A stretch of 64,000 nt of DNA. Origin: Gammaproteobacteria bacterium (GTDB lineage: Bacteria > Pseudomonadota > Gammaproteobacteria > Arenicellales > JAJDZL01). The first letter of the stretch is position 1; every line of letters starts with the position of its first letter. The position numbers and the translations under genes were made by a program. This document shows positions 10,010 through 19,792 of the stretch, one piece after another. The stretch covers positions 4,512 through 68,511 of the forward strand of contig JAKZRU010000058.1 of NCBI GenBank assembly GCA_047517965.1, given 5' to 3'. Below the pieces are notes generated by a model. That model was not told the origin of the DNA, made no database searches, and was given only the letters and a program-made list of their open reading frames with translations.

Positions 10010-10975
10010 TCAATAAATGTTCGGTTCACCCGGTGGTCTGGTCTTGAATCTTTTATGCAGCCAAAAATACTGTTCTGGCGCTCTTCGGACCAGTTTCTCG
10101 ATTGTTGCATTCAGTCGTCTTGCATCTTCTTCCAGGTCGCCGCTGATGAATTCTTCCGGTAACTGTTCGGTATGCAACTCATGACCGCTGCCGTCCGCAT
10201 TCATTATGGAAAAGCATAAAAATACCCGTGCGTTTCTAAATTTGACAAATCTCGTTAAAGAAGTGTAGGTTGCTGCGTTCACACCGAAAAATGGGACGAA
10301 TACCCTATGCGCAGGACGTTTTGCATTTTGGTCAGGAAGAAGGAAGAATGGGGTGCCTTTATCTAGCGCTTTGTAAAACGGACGCATGCTGCCGAGAGAG
10401 GAAATCATTTGTATAGAATGCCTACCGCGCTTTCTATAAAGTCGGTTTACCCAGCCATACCTAGTCTGATTGCCGTTCAACGCACACTGGTAACCCTTGT
10501 CAAAAATTGGATTTCGCGGTGGCTCGTACATGGATACTACAGGAGTAAGATCTCCTATCGCCCTCAGTGTCAGCATCGGAGAGACTAAGTGCGGGCAAAG
10601 AAGTATTACAGGCCTACCGGAATCCAGATAGGTTTTTAACGTCTCACGGCCATGCCAGGAAATTTCTTTCTTTATTCGATCATCGCTCGCGAATAGAGCA
10701 AATCCCCAGCTTAGCAGCCCGCGCCCGGCAAAACGGAATACCTGCATAGCGACATGATCTCGATCAATCTGAGACATTTCGGGAAAACACAGTTCCAGAT
10801 TCCTGTTGACGACATTTCTGCGATTTGAGTTGAGCAGGCATAGAAGCGAGCCGAGTACACCGCCAACATGCCAGCGCCATTTTGGTGGCAACAACCCGGT
10901 GCTGTACCAAAACAAGGTGCCAATCAGGCCAAATATGTGATCCCGAAGTTTGGGATCAGTATAGCGACGGCCCAT
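10010..10975 (-). CDS. Lipid A biosynthesis late acyltransferase (LpxL/LpxM family), copy 2
   Basis: An N-terminal TM anchor, LCPHLVSPM (the HX4D/E region), LPDQN and the C-terminal EQYFWLHKRFKTRP motif are typical of the Lip_A_acyltrans family. Confidence 0.8.
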   Translation of the reverse strand: MGRRYTDPKLRDHIFGLIGTLFWYSTGLLPPKWRWHVGGVLGSLLCLLNSNRRNVVNRNLELCFPEMSQIDRDHVAMQVFRFAGRGLLSWGFALFASDDRIKKEISWHGRETLKTYLDSGRPVILLCPHLVSPMLTLRAIGDLTPVVSMYEPPRNPIFDKGYQCALNGNQTRYGWVNRLYRKRGRHSIQMISSLGSMRPFYKALDKGTPFFLLPDQNAKRPAHRVFVPFFGVNAATYTSLTRFVKFRNARVFLCFSIMNADGSGHELHTEQLPEEFISGDLEEDARRLNATIEKLVRRAPEQYFWLHKRFKTRPPGEPNIY

Positions 10976-11927
10976 TATCGGGTCTGGTCCTGAACCAATT
11001 CAGTGTCCACATATATTGTTCAGGGGCTTCTTTGATGATTTCCTCGAAAACTGCGTTCATGCGTCTTGCATCGACATATTTGTCGTTCGTAGGAAAATCC
11101 GCAAGCGGCTCTCCAATCGTAACATTGTACTGACCGGTATTTGCGTTCAGATAGGCTCTCACCGGCAAAACCAGTGCGTTCGTCATGCGAGCCATACGAC
11201 CCAGCGTGGCGAGCGTAGAGGCTCGTACATCAAAAAATGGAACGAAGATAGAATTTTTTAGACCAAAATCTTGGTCTGGAATGTAGTAGCAGCTCACTTT
11301 ATTATTTAGATTTCGTATTAACGGGCGCACTCCCTTGGAGCGACTGTAAAGCTTAAGCCCGAAGCGCGAGCGGCTGGCTTTGATCCGCTCATTCATGATT
11401 GAATTCTTCATGTCTTTCATCATAGTACAAAGCGGAACATGTCGAGCCAAAAGTGTAGCAGTTAGATCGACACCAACTACATGAGGAGTTAGAAATATTA
11501 CCGGCCGGCCTTCGCTGTTCGCTTTAGTCCAGTTTTCGATACCCTTGTAACTGATGCAGCGATTTAGGCGGTGTTCACTTGAAAACCACAGCATCCCCAA
11601 GTCCACCACAGCCTGTCCGTATCGCCTGAAATGGTCGCGTGCGACGTGGTCGCGTTTTTCTACCGGCCAGTGAGGGAAGCAGATTTCCAAATTATCAAGG
11701 GCAAACTTCCGCCTTTTCTTATTGAAGACATAGAACAGTTTGCCGACGATGCTGCCCGCAAGTAACATCACCTTTCTGGGCATCTGGCCAATTACTGTCA
11801 GAGCCGCAATCGTGATCCAAGCGTGTGATACCTTGATACGAGCGAGCCAGTTTTGAAATTTTGTAGAGAAACGTGTCGCCGAGATGGGTACAGTGACAGG
11901 TGGCTTTGAGTCTTTCCAGAATACCAT
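10956..11927 (-). CDS. Lipid A biosynthesis late acyltransferase (LpxL/LpxM family), copy 1
   Basis: Same family: LTPHVVGVD, IPDQDFG and EQYMWTLNWFRTRP. It overlaps the downstream paralog by 20 nt. Confidence 0.8.
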   Translation of the reverse strand: MVFWKDSKPPVTVPISATRFSTKFQNWLARIKVSHAWITIAALTVIGQMPRKVMLLAGSIVGKLFYVFNKKRRKFALDNLEICFPHWPVEKRDHVARDHFRRYGQAVVDLGMLWFSSEHRLNRCISYKGIENWTKANSEGRPVIFLTPHVVGVDLTATLLARHVPLCTMMKDMKNSIMNERIKASRSRFGLKLYSRSKGVRPLIRNLNNKVSCYYIPDQDFGLKNSIFVPFFDVRASTLATLGRMARMTNALVLPVRAYLNANTGQYNVTIGEPLADFPTNDKYVDARRMNAVFEEIIKEAPEQYMWTLNWFRTRPDNGPSLY

Positions 11928-11974
11928 AGTATCAGGAATCTCTGTTATGAAAACTCATTTGAGAGAAAAATCGT

Positions 11975-12619
11975 CTACGGTACTGGTTTATACAGATATT
12001 TTGCAAAATTTGGAAATTTTTCAGCCAGATTCTGAAAGTCGCTCCAGGTGTCGATATCCTGCAAACATGGCAATATGACATCAAATTGGATACCGCATTC
12101 ATGCATGCGCGACAACATCGACAACAATACAGTTTCGACGCTCCATTCAATGCCGCTGAACATACCTGGAACGCAATGTTGCAAGCCAGCCATATAAAAT
12201 CCGCCATCGGCACTGGGTCCGATCACTGTTGCACCGTCAGTAAGTCTACCAAATGCGAATTTCAGCAAGGCTTCGGAAACCGTCGGTATATCGCAGCCCA
12301 TAACTGCAGCTGACGATGCATCATTCATTGCATCGCAAAGAGCCGATTCCATTTTCTCTCCCAAGTCGCCCGACGACTGAGCGGCGACATCAATGCCGAA
12401 TCGATTAGCCATCTTGGCCAACTCCGGATGATCCGCTTGAGGGCTGACAAGCAGTTTCACAGGCCCCGGCCAGGCAGTCACGGCTGTGGCAACTGTTTCT
12501 TTAATCATGTCTAGTGCAATGGCAGCTGCGATTTCAGGTGAGGCATTGGGAAAAAATCTGGTTTTTACAAAACCTGGTTTTGGATCTTTGGTCAATAAAA
12601 TCAGAATCGGTTCGAGCAT
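11975..12619 (-). CDS. DUF2064 / TIGR04282-type transferase-like protein
   Basis: ILILLTKDPKPGFVKTRF, GDLGEKM, MGCDIP, GPSADGGFYMAGL, IEWS and LQDIDTWSD match my memory of the DUF2064 pattern. It abuts the upstream GT2 gene with no gap. Confidence 0.7.
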   Translation of the reverse strand: MLEPILILLTKDPKPGFVKTRFFPNASPEIAAAIALDMIKETVATAVTAWPGPVKLLVSPQADHPELAKMANRFGIDVAAQSSGDLGEKMESALCDAMNDASSAAVMGCDIPTVSEALLKFAFGRLTDGATVIGPSADGGFYMAGLQHCVPGMFSGIEWSVETVLLSMLSRMHECGIQFDVILPCLQDIDTWSDFQNLAEKFPNFAKYLYKPVP

Positions 12620-13417
12620 TCAATGAACCTGTCTGTATAGTCTTGCAAGTTTGCCGGGTGAAACGCCGATCCAGAACAGGACTCTCATTGCCCACATTTG
12701 CACGATCGTTTGCAGGTATCCGCTGGTTTCCCATCTTCGTGCCGATGTTATGACCGGTGTCCGCACACGTACCGCTCGTCCGATTTCTTTCAAACGCTTG
12801 GACAATGCGACGTCTTCCATGATTGCGATTTCAGGATAGCCGCCGAGGCACTGAAATAAATCCCTTTCAACGAATATTGCCTGATCTCCGGTGCAAATTC
12901 CAGAAATTGCAGAACGAATGTTCATGCTACTGGCAACCAACTGCATGAGTGGCGAAGAACTGTTGAATCTAACGTCAAATCGCCCCCAAGGCTGTGCCGG
13001 CGATATCGACTGCTTGATGATGTTTGCTGCGTTTTTCGGTACTGTCGTGTCGGCATGAACAAACCACACGATACTGCCTTGGGCGTGCTGCTCTCCTAAA
13101 TTCATCTGCATGGCACGTCCGATTCTATCCGAATGTATCAGATGAAGTTTCGGATAGGACTTTTGTAACCAGTTCAGTGTTTCAAGCGTGGACTGTCGAT
13201 CACTTGAGTCGACAATTATGATTTCCAGAATTCCCTCGCAATCCAGCAAAGCAGCGAGCTTTTCGAGAACTTCCGGATGCTCATTGCGGACTGGCACAAT
13301 GACTGAAACAGTTGACTGCAACACGAATTCTTTTGGGTGCAACAAGGAGAACTTGAGCTCGTCGGTGAATTTAGAAAGATCTACCTTTTGCTGCAGCAAC
13401 TCGCAATCGCAATGCAT
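12620..13417 (-). CDS. Family 2 glycosyltransferase, TIGR04283-like (partner of DUF2064)
   Basis: [27 protein letters not shown] and [34 protein letters not shown]. The start is uncertain: the listed ATG overlaps the argG 3' end by 47 nt, and in-frame TTG/GTG alternatives exist at 13345 and 13324. Confidence 0.7.
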   Translation of the reverse strand: MHCDCELLQQKVDLSKFTDELKFSLLHPKEFVLQSTVSVIVPVRNEHPEVLEKLAALLDCEGILEIIIVDSSDRQSTLETLNWLQKSYPKLHLIHSDRIGRAMQMNLGEQHAQGSIVWFVHADTTVPKNAANIIKQSISPAQPWGRFDVRFNSSSPLMQLVASSMNIRSAISGICTGDQAIFVERDLFQCLGGYPEIAIMEDVALSKRLKEIGRAVRVRTPVITSARRWETSGYLQTIVQMWAMRVLFWIGVSPGKLARLYRQVH

Positions 13418-14582
13418 TCAGGCGAATGAATCCTTCTGCGTCTGACTGAGTATAGGCACCGCTTTCATCGTCAAAAGATACGATTGCTTCGTCATACATT
13501 GAGTAGGTGTCGGAATGGCGTCCGGTTACCATGACGTTGCCTTTGTACAGACGCAGTCGTACGGTACCCGTTACCACGTTCTGATTGGCGTCAATGACAC
13601 TTTGCAGAGCCACTCTTTCGGGGCTCCACCACAATCCGTTGTAAACCAGTTTCGCGTAGCGGGGCATTAAGTCTTCCATCAGGTGTGAGACTTCCCGGTC
13701 GAGCGTAATGGACTCCATTGCTCGATGTGCTTTGATCAGAATCGTCCCTCCAGGCGTCTCGTAGCAGCCTCTGGATTTCATCCCAATAAAACGATTTTCA
13801 ACAATATCTGTTCTGCCAATTCCGTGTCGTGCACCGAGTTGATTCAAGCGACTCAGTATGACGGCAGGGGAACCATTCATTCCATTGACTGCTATGGCAT
13901 CGCCGCTGTTGAATTCAATTTCAACGGTTTCCGGTTGGTCTGGGGCATCTTGCGGATCACAGGTCCATCTCCATATGTCTGCTGGAGGTTCGATCCACGG
14001 ATCTTCAAGTTCACCGCCTTCGTAGGATATGTGCAGAAGATTGGCATCCATCGAATAGTCGGCTTTGCCGCTGGCACGTTTATCTACCGGAATACCTTGC
14101 TGCTGTGCATAATTGAGCAGGTCTTCTCTGGAATTAAAATCCCACTCACGCCAAGGAGCGATTACTTGCACATCCGGCATCAGCGCATAGGCGCCCAGTT
14201 CAAATCTGACTTGATCATTGCCTTTTCCGGTTGCGCCGTGAGAAATTGCATCGGCACCAGTTTCACGGGCGATTTCAACCAGACGGGCGGCAATCAGCGG
14301 TCGTGCAATAGAAGTGCCGAGCAGATATTCGCCCTCGTACAGAGCATTGATTCGGAACATCGGAAATACATAATCGCGGGCAAACTCTTCGGTTAAATTT
14401 TCGACGAAAATTTCCTTGCATCCAAGATCGGACGCTTTCTTGGCAATCAGTTTGAGGTCTTCATTCTGTCCAATGTCCGCGGTGAATGGTACAACTTCAC
14501 ATTTGTATGTGTTTTGAAGCCAGCGCAGAATTACCGAAGTATCCAGTCCGCCAGAATAGGCAAGTACGACTTTTTTAGGCAT
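13371..14582 (-). CDS. argG: Argininosuccinate synthase
   Basis: 403 aa with an N-terminal ATP-PPase motif ([13 protein letters not shown]) and [14 protein letters not shown]. The full length looks like type I ArgG. Confidence 0.95.
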   Translation of the reverse strand: MPKKVVLAYSGGLDTSVILRWLQNTYKCEVVPFTADIGQNEDLKLIAKKASDLGCKEIFVENLTEEFARDYVFPMFRINALYEGEYLLGTSIARPLIAARLVEIARETGADAISHGATGKGNDQVRFELGAYALMPDVQVIAPWREWDFNSREDLLNYAQQQGIPVDKRASGKADYSMDANLLHISYEGGELEDPWIEPPADIWRWTCDPQDAPDQPETVEIEFNSGDAIAVNGMNGSPAVILSRLNQLGARHGIGRTDIVENRFIGMKSRGCYETPGGTILIKAHRAMESITLDREVSHLMEDLMPRYAKLVYNGLWWSPERVALQSVIDANQNVVTGTVRLRLYKGNVMVTGRHSDTYSMYDEAIVSFDDESGAYTQSDAEGFIRLNALRLRVAAAKGRSF

Positions 14583-15426
14583 AAGATCTGTTTGGAACTC
14601 GAATAAGGAGAGTCAATACTAAAGTAGTTCAACAATAAACGGAAATTATGCCATAAAGTGCCTGGATCAGCAGCACCAAGGAACTAACACCAGCAGTTTT
14701 GATATGGATTGACTTGTCAAATTTATTTGTCATTGCAACCAGCATTACCTGATCCAGAACACGAAAGCAGAAGGCAGCGGCTTATGAAGACGGTGGATCC
14801 TACTGATATCCGCGGGCCGGTTACCGCCTGACTTCACGGGCGATCGCCCACACCTCAAAACAGTTATTTATTTTATTATTATCAAAAGGATACACAAAAA
14901 TTCTTCACCAACAACTGGACAGTAGTGTTAGAAAGTGAATTGTTTCCGATGGCAATTTCGGTATGGAGCCAAACCCTTGAGCACGAAATCAACCTGATTA
15001 AGGGAGTTACATGATTATTGAAAATAAATTCAGTGTGCACAATCCAAATCAAATGAACATCGATTCCTGGCAGAATTTTGCGATTGAATGGCCGGTCGGG
15101 GGAAAGGGTTGCATTCGATGTGTCTGTTCATTGCCAATCCGAAATTTTCAACGGATGTGAATGACGCTAGAAATGGTACCACCGAGAAAGGCGATACGTC
15201 AGATTCACGAACCGGGTGAGAAGTGTTTTTTTGGAGAACACTATTCGATGGTTGGCATAAAACTGTCAATGGGATAATACGCGAATCGCAGATCAAAGTG
15301 CCAGCCAACAATTCATCAAATATGTTGTTACTGAGCCGTCGAACGTTGATAAGGTGTGAGAATTCACACAATAATTCGTATAATCCTTGAAAATACTCAC
15401 TGAGATAAAAGAATTTCTAGAAAAAA

Positions 15427-16614
15427 ATGCGATCGAATTTAATTATGCGTCCCCGCGCAACTTCTAGAATTGATGCTGTATTTGAAGCTCACCCAGCCGT
15501 AGCACTAGTCGGTCCGCGTCAGTGTGGCAAAACAACACTGTCGAAAATGATCACCAGAGATAAATCCAATGTATCGTATTTTGACTTGGAAGACCCTGTA
15601 GATTTACGTAAACTCCAATTGACCAAACAAGCTCTCATGCAATTGTCGGGGGTAGTGGTTATAGACGAGATTCAACGACAACCCAAACTGTTGGAAGTTT
15701 TGCGGGTAGTTCTGGATGACCCGAACTGTGCGGCTCGATTTCTGATACTCGGTAGCGCTTCTCCAACTCTCATCAAAGGCGCATCCGAATCACTCGCAGG
15801 ACGCATAGGCTTCGTGAATTTAGCGGGATTCACGTTTGGAGAAACAGCCGAAGCTTCATGGCAGAAACTGTGGCAAAGAGGTGGTTTTCCACCCAGTTAT
15901 TTAGCGACAAATCAGAATGCCTCTCTCAAGTGGCGTGCAAATTTCATACGAACTTTTCTAGAACGGGACATTCCACAGTTGGGAATATCCATTGCTTCTG
16001 AAACACTGCGTCGATTCTGGACAATGGTCGCCCACTATCACGGGCAGATCTGGAATTCTGCCGAATTTGCGCGCTCCTTAGGTAGCGGCGAAGCCACTGC
16101 TCGCCGCTATCTCGACATACTGAGTGGGGCATTCATGGTGAGAATCCTTCCACCATGGCATGCGAATCTGAAAAAACGTCAAGTCCGTGCACCGAAAATC
16201 TATTTAAGAGACACGGGAATTCTGCATGCCCTGCTGGGCATCGATTCGTTTGATACGCTTCGCGGGCATCCAAAAGTCGGAGCATCATTCGAAGGGTTTG
16301 CAATCGAACAAGTGATCGACTGTCTGGATACGGAATCTACATATTTCTGGGCGACACATGCCGGAGCCGAGCTTGATCTGCTGTTTACCATTGCCGGGAA
16401 ACAGTATGGAATCGAATGCAAGTATAGCGATGCACCAGGAACTACCCGTTCCATGAGAGTTGCTATTAAAGATTTACGGCTGGAGCATTTATGGATAATC
16501 TATCCAGGTACTGAGAATTATCGATTGGACTCCAGAATTTCCGCGGTGTCCATCGAATCTGTAACTGGTTTGATTGCGGCGCTGAAATCGGGAAACGAAT
16601 TCGACATTAAGTAA
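15427..16614 (+). CDS. AAA+ ATPase with DUF4143-type C-terminal domain (COG1373-like), orphan
   Basis: Walker A (GPRQCGKTTL), Walker B (VVVIDEIQ), then the region typical of DUF4143 proteins (RTFLERDI...YHGQIWN...RRYLDIL). An alternative ATG lies at 15445. Confidence 0.8.
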   Translation: MRSNLIMRPRATSRIDAVFEAHPAVALVGPRQCGKTTLSKMITRDKSNVSYFDLEDPVDLRKLQLTKQALMQLSGVVVIDEIQRQPKLLEVLRVVLDDPNCAARFLILGSASPTLIKGASESLAGRIGFVNLAGFTFGETAEASWQKLWQRGGFPPSYLATNQNASLKWRANFIRTFLERDIPQLGISIASETLRRFWTMVAHYHGQIWNSAEFARSLGSGEATARRYLDILSGAFMVRILPPWHANLKKRQVRAPKIYLRDTGILHALLGIDSFDTLRGHPKVGASFEGFAIEQVIDCLDTESTYFWATHAGAELDLLFTIAGKQYGIECKYSDAPGTTRSMRVAIKDLRLEHLWIIYPGTENYRLDSRISAVSIESVTGLIAALKSGNEFDIK

Positions 16615-16777
16615 TCGGTAGATATGGGCTTCCACCATCAGGAGAAACTAAATCGTATCTGACTCATTTGCACCTTGCTGGTGCCAACAGCAGTTACATC
16701 CCAAATTCGTCTCTCAGACCGCTAGTCTGCTATCGACGACGCAACATCGGTTTCACTATGGAAACTGCAATTTACGG

Positions 16778-16856
16778 TTGTACTGTGCGAAATTGCATCG
16801 GCACCGGATTCGCGGGCGATTTCAACAAGACGGGCGGCGGTCAGCAGTTGTGTTGA
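16778..16856 (-). pseudogene. Relic fragment of an argG-like gene (codons for about 25 residues)
   Basis: By-eye alignment to argG 14231-14309 gives about 63/79 identical nt. Minus-strand translation gives [24 protein letters not shown], against Arg[25 protein letters not shown]. Similarity decays on both sides, and the fragment has the same orientation as argG. Confidence 0.6.
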
Positions 16857-16947
16857 CTCAGAGTGTGTATGGGTGACTGCAACCAGTAATAAAAGCCTAT
16901 AGTCGCACTGCAATTCCGTCAAAAACTCAGTGCTGAGTTCACCCAAT

Positions 16948-17157
16948 TTACCATTCGTATTCGATGCCGAAATAAACCAGAATGATGGGCACAATAATCC
17001 AGAGCAATCCCTTGACGAGAAAGAAGAGAAACCCGATCAATCCGAGTTGCTTGAGCCTTTTACGCAAATTTTCACTAGTGAGAAGTTGAAACCGATTCGT
17101 CATAATCTCGATCGAAGAATGCCACTTAAATCGTAATGCAGTTTGAATTGGTATCAA
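16948..17157 (-). CDS. Possible small membrane protein (51-69 aa)
   Basis: The ORF begins directly after the stop of the upstream hydrolase gene (TTG at 17157). An internal ATG at 17103 would give a 51-aa product with a basic stretch followed by one TM helix (LGLIGFLFFLVKGLLWIIVPIILVYF). There is no other support. Confidence 0.35.
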   Translation of the reverse strand: MIPIQTALRFKWHSSIEIMTNRFQLLTSENLRKRLKQLGLIGFLFFLVKGLLWIIVPIILVYFGIEYEW

Positions 17158-18000
17158 TTATGCACGATGATTGAGAAAAGAAACTATAGGTTTGGCTACT
17201 TTAGCCGGATCGTCCATGTGGCAGTGATGACCACCGTCAATATCGACTACAGTCAGATTTGACAAGTGAATTTCTCGTCCCTGTAACGAGTCCCAGTTCT
17301 TAATTATTCCATCTGAGGATCGAATCAATAGCGAACCACACTGAATCGTCTGCAGATAACATTTCACGTGCTCTTCAGCTAGGTACATCGGCGAAGCCTT
17401 TCGCAGGCACCGATCTGTTCGCCAGACAAATCCGTTTTCATTTTTAAGGAGATTTCGTTCTGCGATCAGTTGTGCAGAAGGCAAAGATAAGTCACCTGCT
17501 CGCTTGCGAGCCTGTGCCGCCTCGTCGATAGTTTGATAGGGTTTGGCGTCGTTCGGTGATTTCACGATCTGATCAATGTGTCGTTGAAGCTGTTTGACCA
17601 TATTTTCGGGTGAAGCAGTCAGCGGCGCCAGTCCCTCAATCATGGCGAGACGTTCAATTCTTTCTGGAATGACAGCAGCAACGACTCCGGCAACGCCGGC
17701 ACCGAGCGAGTGGCCTAACAAACTGAATTTTGTATATCCAAGTGCATTAGCAGCAAGAATAACATCTGCTGCATAGTCAATATAGTGGTAGGCGTTCACA
17801 CCTTGGCGATGTTCTGACTTTCCGTGTCCAGGCAAGTCAAGCGCTACAAGACGGATACCGGTCAGATATTCTGCAATCGGAATAAAACTCGCTGCGTTGT
17901 CCAGCCAACCATGCAGCGCAATGACAGGCGGGTCGGTTTCAACACCCCAGGATAGTGCAGAGAGTCGAAGATTATTCGTCTGTATGGATAATTCTTTCAA
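17158..18000 (-). CDS. Alpha/beta-fold hydrolase
   Basis: HGWLDNAASF (oxyanion region), nucleophile elbow GHSLGAG and a C-terminal GGHHCHMD histidine region. Confidence 0.8.
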   Translation of the reverse strand: MKELSIQTNNLRLSALSWGVETDPPVIALHGWLDNAASFIPIAEYLTGIRLVALDLPGHGKSEHRQGVNAYHYIDYAADVILAANALGYTKFSLLGHSLGAGVAGVVAAVIPERIERLAMIEGLAPLTASPENMVKQLQRHIDQIVKSPNDAKPYQTIDEAAQARKRAGDLSLPSAQLIAERNLLKNENGFVWRTDRCLRKASPMYLAEEHVKCYLQTIQCGSLLIRSSDGIIKNWDSLQGREIHLSNLTVVDIDGGHHCHMDDPAKVAKPIVSFLNHRA

Positions 18001-18299
18001 TCAATTCAACAACTGCTGTAGTCGCTTAATGCAAAACACGGAATAATTCAAGGAAATGCTGTACTCCTGGAATCGTTAGAAATGTCATGTCTCAAATACA
18101 ATCGCAATTTATACAACAACATCAGAATTTGAAACAGGAAACGACACCTTTATTACCAAATTTTTACAGTCGAATCGGCTTCAAGGTCATGTCTAAATGC
18201 ACTTCAGCGACGGATATCTGTGTGGGTAAGTTTGGTCGTAGTACAATAGCAAGAGTAATTCATTTTGAAGGAACATGAGTTAAAGTTTAGGGGGAAATT

Positions 18300-19688
18300 G
18301 TGGGAACGATATCGAAACTGCAAACCAAAACTGGTGCTAGCGCAATGCCGCACAAAGATACTATTACGCTGATTAACAATCGAACCGGAAATTCCTACGT
18401 TTTTCCAATTGTCGATGGTAGCGAAGGCCCTAGTCTGATCAATATATCGTCACTGTATTCTCAGACTGGAATGTTTACATATGACCCTGGATTTACCTCC
18501 ACTGGGTCTTGCAGGTCCGCAATTACGTTCATTGATGGTGAGAAAGGAATTCTGATGCATCGAGGTTATCCTATCGAACAGCTGGTGGACAATACTGATT
18601 ATCTTGATGTGTGTTACCTGCTTTTGCACGGAGAGTTACCGTCGAAGGACGAAGGAAAGGAATTTGTTTATTCGATCACGAATCACACGATGCTGCATGA
18701 ACAACTGGTCTCTTTTTACCGAGGATTCAAACGTTCCGCCCATCCAATGGCAGTCATGATCGGAGTCGTTGGTGCGCTGTCTGCGTTTTACCATAGCGAT
18801 ACCGATATCCATGACCCCATTCAGCGTATGCTAGCGGCGCACAGACTAATCGCCAAGATGCCCACAATCGGAGCATATGCGTATAAGTATGCCCTTGGGC
18901 AGCCATTTGTTTATCCACAAAATGAGCTGACTTATGCTGAAAATCTGCTTCGCATGATGTTTTCGGTGCCTACCGAGAATTATGAAATCAATCCTGTAAT
19001 AGCGAAAGCGATTGATCGGATTCTCATTCTGCATGCTGACCATGAGCAAAATGCTTCAACTTCGACGGTGCGTCTTGCCGGGTCTTCCGGCGCCAATCCG
19101 TTTGCGTGTATCGCATCTGGCATAGCCTCTCTGTGGGGGCCAGCGCATGGCGGAGCAAATGAAGCGGTGCTGAATATGTTGCGCGAGATCGAGTCAATCA
19201 AAAGGATTCCGGAATACATTGCCAAAGCAAAAGACAAGAATGATCCATTTAGGCTGATGGGATTTGGTCATCGCGTGTACAAGAACGTTGACCCGCGTGC
19301 CAGGATTATGCGACAGACTTGCCATGAGGTCCTGAATGAACTTGGCCTGTCTGACCCGCTGCTTCCGATGGCTATGGAACTGGAAAGAATTGCGCTTGAA
19401 GATGAATTCTTCATTGAGAAAAAACTTTATCCCAACGTTGATTTCTATTCAGGAATCATATTGCAGGCGATTGGATTTCCGACGCAGATGTTTACAGTAC
19501 TTTTTGCCATTGCTCGGACAGTTGGCTGGGTTGCTCATTGGAAAGAGATGTTTGAAAGTGATGAGAGTCAGAGAATTGGACGTCCGCGCCAGTTGTATGT
19601 AGGTCCAAAAAAACGTGATTTTGAGGTTATGGAAGCACGCAAAGACAGAGCTCCAAATTGGCTTCGATTGTGGAGTGGCCGACGATAG
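18300..19688 (+). CDS. gltA: Citrate synthase (type II)
   Basis: [29 protein letters not shown] and [14 protein letters not shown]. The GTG at 18300 has a good SD (AGGGGGA, 5-nt spacer). The ATG at 18345 would fit the E. coli N-terminus better. Confidence 0.9.
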   Translation: MGTISKLQTKTGASAMPHKDTITLINNRTGNSYVFPIVDGSEGPSLINISSLYSQTGMFTYDPGFTSTGSCRSAITFIDGEKGILMHRGYPIEQLVDNTDYLDVCYLLLHGELPSKDEGKEFVYSITNHTMLHEQLVSFYRGFKRSAHPMAVMIGVVGALSAFYHSDTDIHDPIQRMLAAHRLIAKMPTIGAYAYKYALGQPFVYPQNELTYAENLLRMMFSVPTENYEINPVIAKAIDRILILHADHEQNASTSTVRLAGSSGANPFACIASGIASLWGPAHGGANEAVLNMLREIESIKRIPEYIAKAKDKNDPFRLMGFGHRVYKNVDPRARIMRQTCHEVLNELGLSDPLLPMAMELERIALEDEFFIEKKLYPNVDFYSGIILQAIGFPTQMFTVLFAIARTVGWVAHWKEMFESDESQRIGRPRQLYVGPKKRDFEVMEARKDRAPNWLRLWSGRR

Positions 19689-19792
19689 TGAAAACTTTGG
19701 AGGAGCTGAATCAGCAGTGCTAAATTTAGCAAAGTGTCGATCAATAAAGCGACATATGCCTTACCCTTTCTAGCAGGGTAAATGAGCCGATT

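Noticed and set aside
13725-14396. 223-aa ORF on the plus strand, antisense to argG
   Set aside because: It lies entirely inside the well-supported argG gene on the other strand. The translation is low-complexity and Arg/Cys/Phe-rich with no motifs. This is a typical shadow ORF.
14800-14850. GGTGGA...CGGTTACCGCCTGA segment reminiscent of the 3' part of a ZTP (pfl) riboswitch
   Set aside because: The conserved 5' sub-domain (GGGTCGTGACTGGCG-like) is absent. The 3' element reads CCGCCTGAC rather than CCGCCTGGGC. No purine or folate gene lies downstream on that strand.
15030-15371. 113-aa ORF on the minus strand in the argG-ATPase spacer
   Set aside because: It has no motifs, no SD-like sequence and an odd composition. 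The same applies to a roughly 50-aa plus-strand ORF starting at 15011. There is no support beyond being open.
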